DNA of 64,000 bases from an uncultured Candidatus Saccharibacteria bacterium. Lineage in GTDB: Bacteria > Patescibacteriota > Saccharimonadia > Saccharimonadales > JALRHH01. The position numbers and the translations under genes are program-made. Position 1 is the first letter of the stretch. Each line of letters begins with the position of its first letter. Below are positions 62,236-64,000 of the stretch, piece after piece. The stretch spans positions 1,304 to 65,303 of the forward strand of contig CAZXDT010000003.1 of NCBI GenBank assembly GCA_964639295.1. The letters run 5' to 3'. The notes under the pieces were generated by a model. That model saw only the letters and a list, made by a program, of their open reading frames with translations. It searched no databases and was not told the origin of the DNA.

Positions 62236-64000
62236 ATGAGACACCTTAGTTTCTCCAACATAAAACAAAGACTACGTAATGTCATAGTTGCATCGGTATT
62301 TATTGGTGCCCAAGCAGGGTTTGCTTTGGTTCCATTTTTACCAGCAGCTACGGTAAGTGCAGCACCCATTTGTGTAAACGACACGGCTGGTGCAAATGAT
62401 GAACCGGGGCAAAAGGACCTTACTAAACTATGTGTTGATTATGCAGGACTGCCTAGTACTGTTAACACAACATGGGGTTGGGATGAACTTGGGACAAGTG
62501 GCGCAAACACCCTTGACGCTTGTAACCTCTTCGATACAGACGGTGACGGCAACATTAACTATGCAGTCTGTGTAACCACAACTGGTAAGCCAGCTGTACT
62601 CCAAAGTACAACCACCTATTCATGTGGCGACGACAAGGTTGACCGCTGTACCTCACCTGCAACACCAATTGCAAACGGCGCTACTGTCTGTGCTGTAAGT
62701 CAGCAGAATTCTGATCCATTCCCTACCGGTGATGATTATCCAAAAGACACACAAGGCACCTGTACTGTCAGCACTGCTGCAGTCGGTGGTGCAACTGCAA
62801 AGTTGATTGATGTATGTTCATACCCATCATCACAGCCAAACTCAGACCCTTCTGACTGTGTAATTGCTCGTGAAAACGCCGGTAAACTTGAAGTCATAAA
62901 GAATCTCGTGCCTGATGCCGACTCTGGACTCTTTAACCTTCAGATAGATGCCGTGACCAAGGTTACAAACGTTGGCGACAACGGAACAACTGGTGAAGTT
63001 GTTGTCTCTGCTGGCAACCACAGTGTTGGTGAGCTTGCTGGTACAAACACTTCTCTTGCCTCATACACCTCTAGTATTGAATGTAAAAACTTGAACGGTA
63101 CAGGCGCTGTAGTTGCTAGTGGAGCAACAACAAGTCTTGCGAGCGTTCCAGTAGCAGATGGTTCCGATATCGTCTGTATCATTACAAACACTAAGCAACA
63201 AGGTAGCATTACTCTCATAAAGAACGTTGTAAACAACAACGGTGGTAGCGCAACTCCTGATCAATTTGGACTAAGCATTGCTGGTAATGGCGTAACTTCA
63301 GGACAAAAGGTGACCCTTAGTCCTGGCTCATACGCTATTAACGAAGCTGGTCTAGCTGGTTACAGCTTTGTAAGCATTACGGGTACTGGTTGTCCTGCGC
63401 AACTTAATGGACTCGTAAACCTCACAAACGGACAAGATATCACTTGTACTATTACGAATGATGACATTAGCCCAACACTCACAATTGTAAAGAATGTTAC
63501 GAACAACAACGGTGGAACAGCTACAGCAAGTAATTTCCAAGGCAAGATCGATGGCAACAATGTTGCCTGGAGCACAGTAGTTCCATTGAACGCTGGTTCA
63601 CACAGCGCAAGTGAATCTGCGATACTTCCTGGTGGCGCTGGCTACACCGCCTCAACATGGAGCGGCGACTGTACAAGTAATGGTAATGTAACGCTCACCC
63701 TTGCACAGAATGCAGTCTGTACGATTACAAACGACGATCAGGCCCCAAGCCTGACGCTCAACAAACTCGTTTCCAACCTACACGGCGGTACCGCAACAGA
63801 AAGCGCATGGACGCTAACTGCTAACGGACCAACGAGTATTTCAGGACAAGGTGCTGCTGGTAACAGTGATGTTATAAGCGGACCTACATTCTCTGCTGGT
63901 ACATACACATTGAGCGAAAGCGGTGGCCCAAGTGGCTACGCTGCGAGCGCATGGACTTGTACTAATAATGTGACAGTTACTAACAACCAGATTACTTTGG
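62236..64000 (+). CDS. Large cell-surface repeat protein, 5' part (runs off the window)
   Basis: ATG after GGGGAGG. Signal peptide. The frame is open for 588 codons to the window end. Contains about 95-aa repeats ...C(T/I)ITN(D/T)...P(S/T)LT(I/L)..K.V.N.(N/H)GG(T/S)AT... Confidence 0.8.
   Translation, partial: MRHLSFSNIKQRLRNVIVASVFIGAQAGFALVPFLPAATVSAAPICVNDTAGANDEPGQKDLTKLCVDYAGLPSTVNTTWGWDELGTSGANTLDACNLFDTDGDGNINYAVCVTTTGKPAVLQSTTTYSCGDDKVDRCTSPATPIANGATVCAVSQQNSDPFPTGDDYPKDTQGTCTVSTAAVGGATAKLIDVCSYPSSQPNSDPSDCVIARENAGKLEVIKNLVPDADSGLFNLQIDAVTKVTNVGDNGTTGEVVVSAGNHSVGELAGTNTSLASYTSSIECKNLNGTGAVVASGATTSLASVPVADGSDIVCIITNTKQQGSITLIKNVVNNNGGSATPDQFGLSIAGNGVTSGQKVTLSPGSYAINEAGLAGYSFVSITGTGCPAQLNGLVNLTNGQDITCTITNDDISPTLTIVKNVTNNNGGTATASNFQGKIDGNNVAWSTVVPLNAGSHSASESAILPGGAGYTASTWSGDCTSNGNVTLTLAQNAVCTITNDDQAPSLTLNKLVSNLHGGTATESAWTLTANGPTSISGQGAAGNSDVISGPTFSAGTYTLSESGGPSGYAASAWTCTNNVTVTNNQITL

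Overview
The window is a compact, gene-dense bacterial chromosome segment, with about 65 CDS mostly on the - strand. G+C is about 45-50% on the 60-nt lines I sampled by eye. The gene content suggests a reduced, host-dependent Gram-positive-type organism, most plausibly a Candidatus Saccharibacteria/CPR-like epibiont; this is an inference, not a database result. Supporting content: glycolysis genes pyk-pgk-tpiA; an F1Fo ATPase operon lacking a/c subunits; murA/murB/murD plus a MurL-like gene; a sortase with large repeat surface proteins; an RpfB-like wall hydrolase; a trehalase; and few biosynthetic genes.

RNA genes found are tmRNA, tRNA-Glu(UUC), tRNA-Lys(CUU) and tRNA-Arg(UCG). I saw no rRNA, CRISPR array, transposase or integrase.

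Main non-routine observations:
1. A ~150-nt structured intergenic element occurs 5 times, always on the + strand. Compensatory base changes appear in at least four stems, and the G-U wobbles only work on the + strand.
2. Every tRNA gene in the window is followed by a rearranged second copy of its own 3' half. For tRNA-Glu and tRNA-Lys, that copy is split in the T-loop by a homologous 86-87-nt structured insert. Small promoter-bearing gene cassettes lie between further repeats of the tRNA 3' end.
3. A ~1.5-kb two-gene block of about 62% G+C (a lipoprotein and a 4-TM protein, with actinobacterial-like codon usage) sits inside a 2.17-kb unit bounded by 26-bp inverted repeats and flanked by strongly structured non-coding DNA.
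4. Two tandem paralogous surface-protein genes share a 338-bp tract of 100% identity.
5. An XRE-HTH::MurA fusion, a MurD/MurL-like pair, and a recurrent leaderless promoter layout (-10 hexamer, 6-7 nt, ATG).

All functional assignments rest on motifs I recognise by eye. No searches or computations were run.
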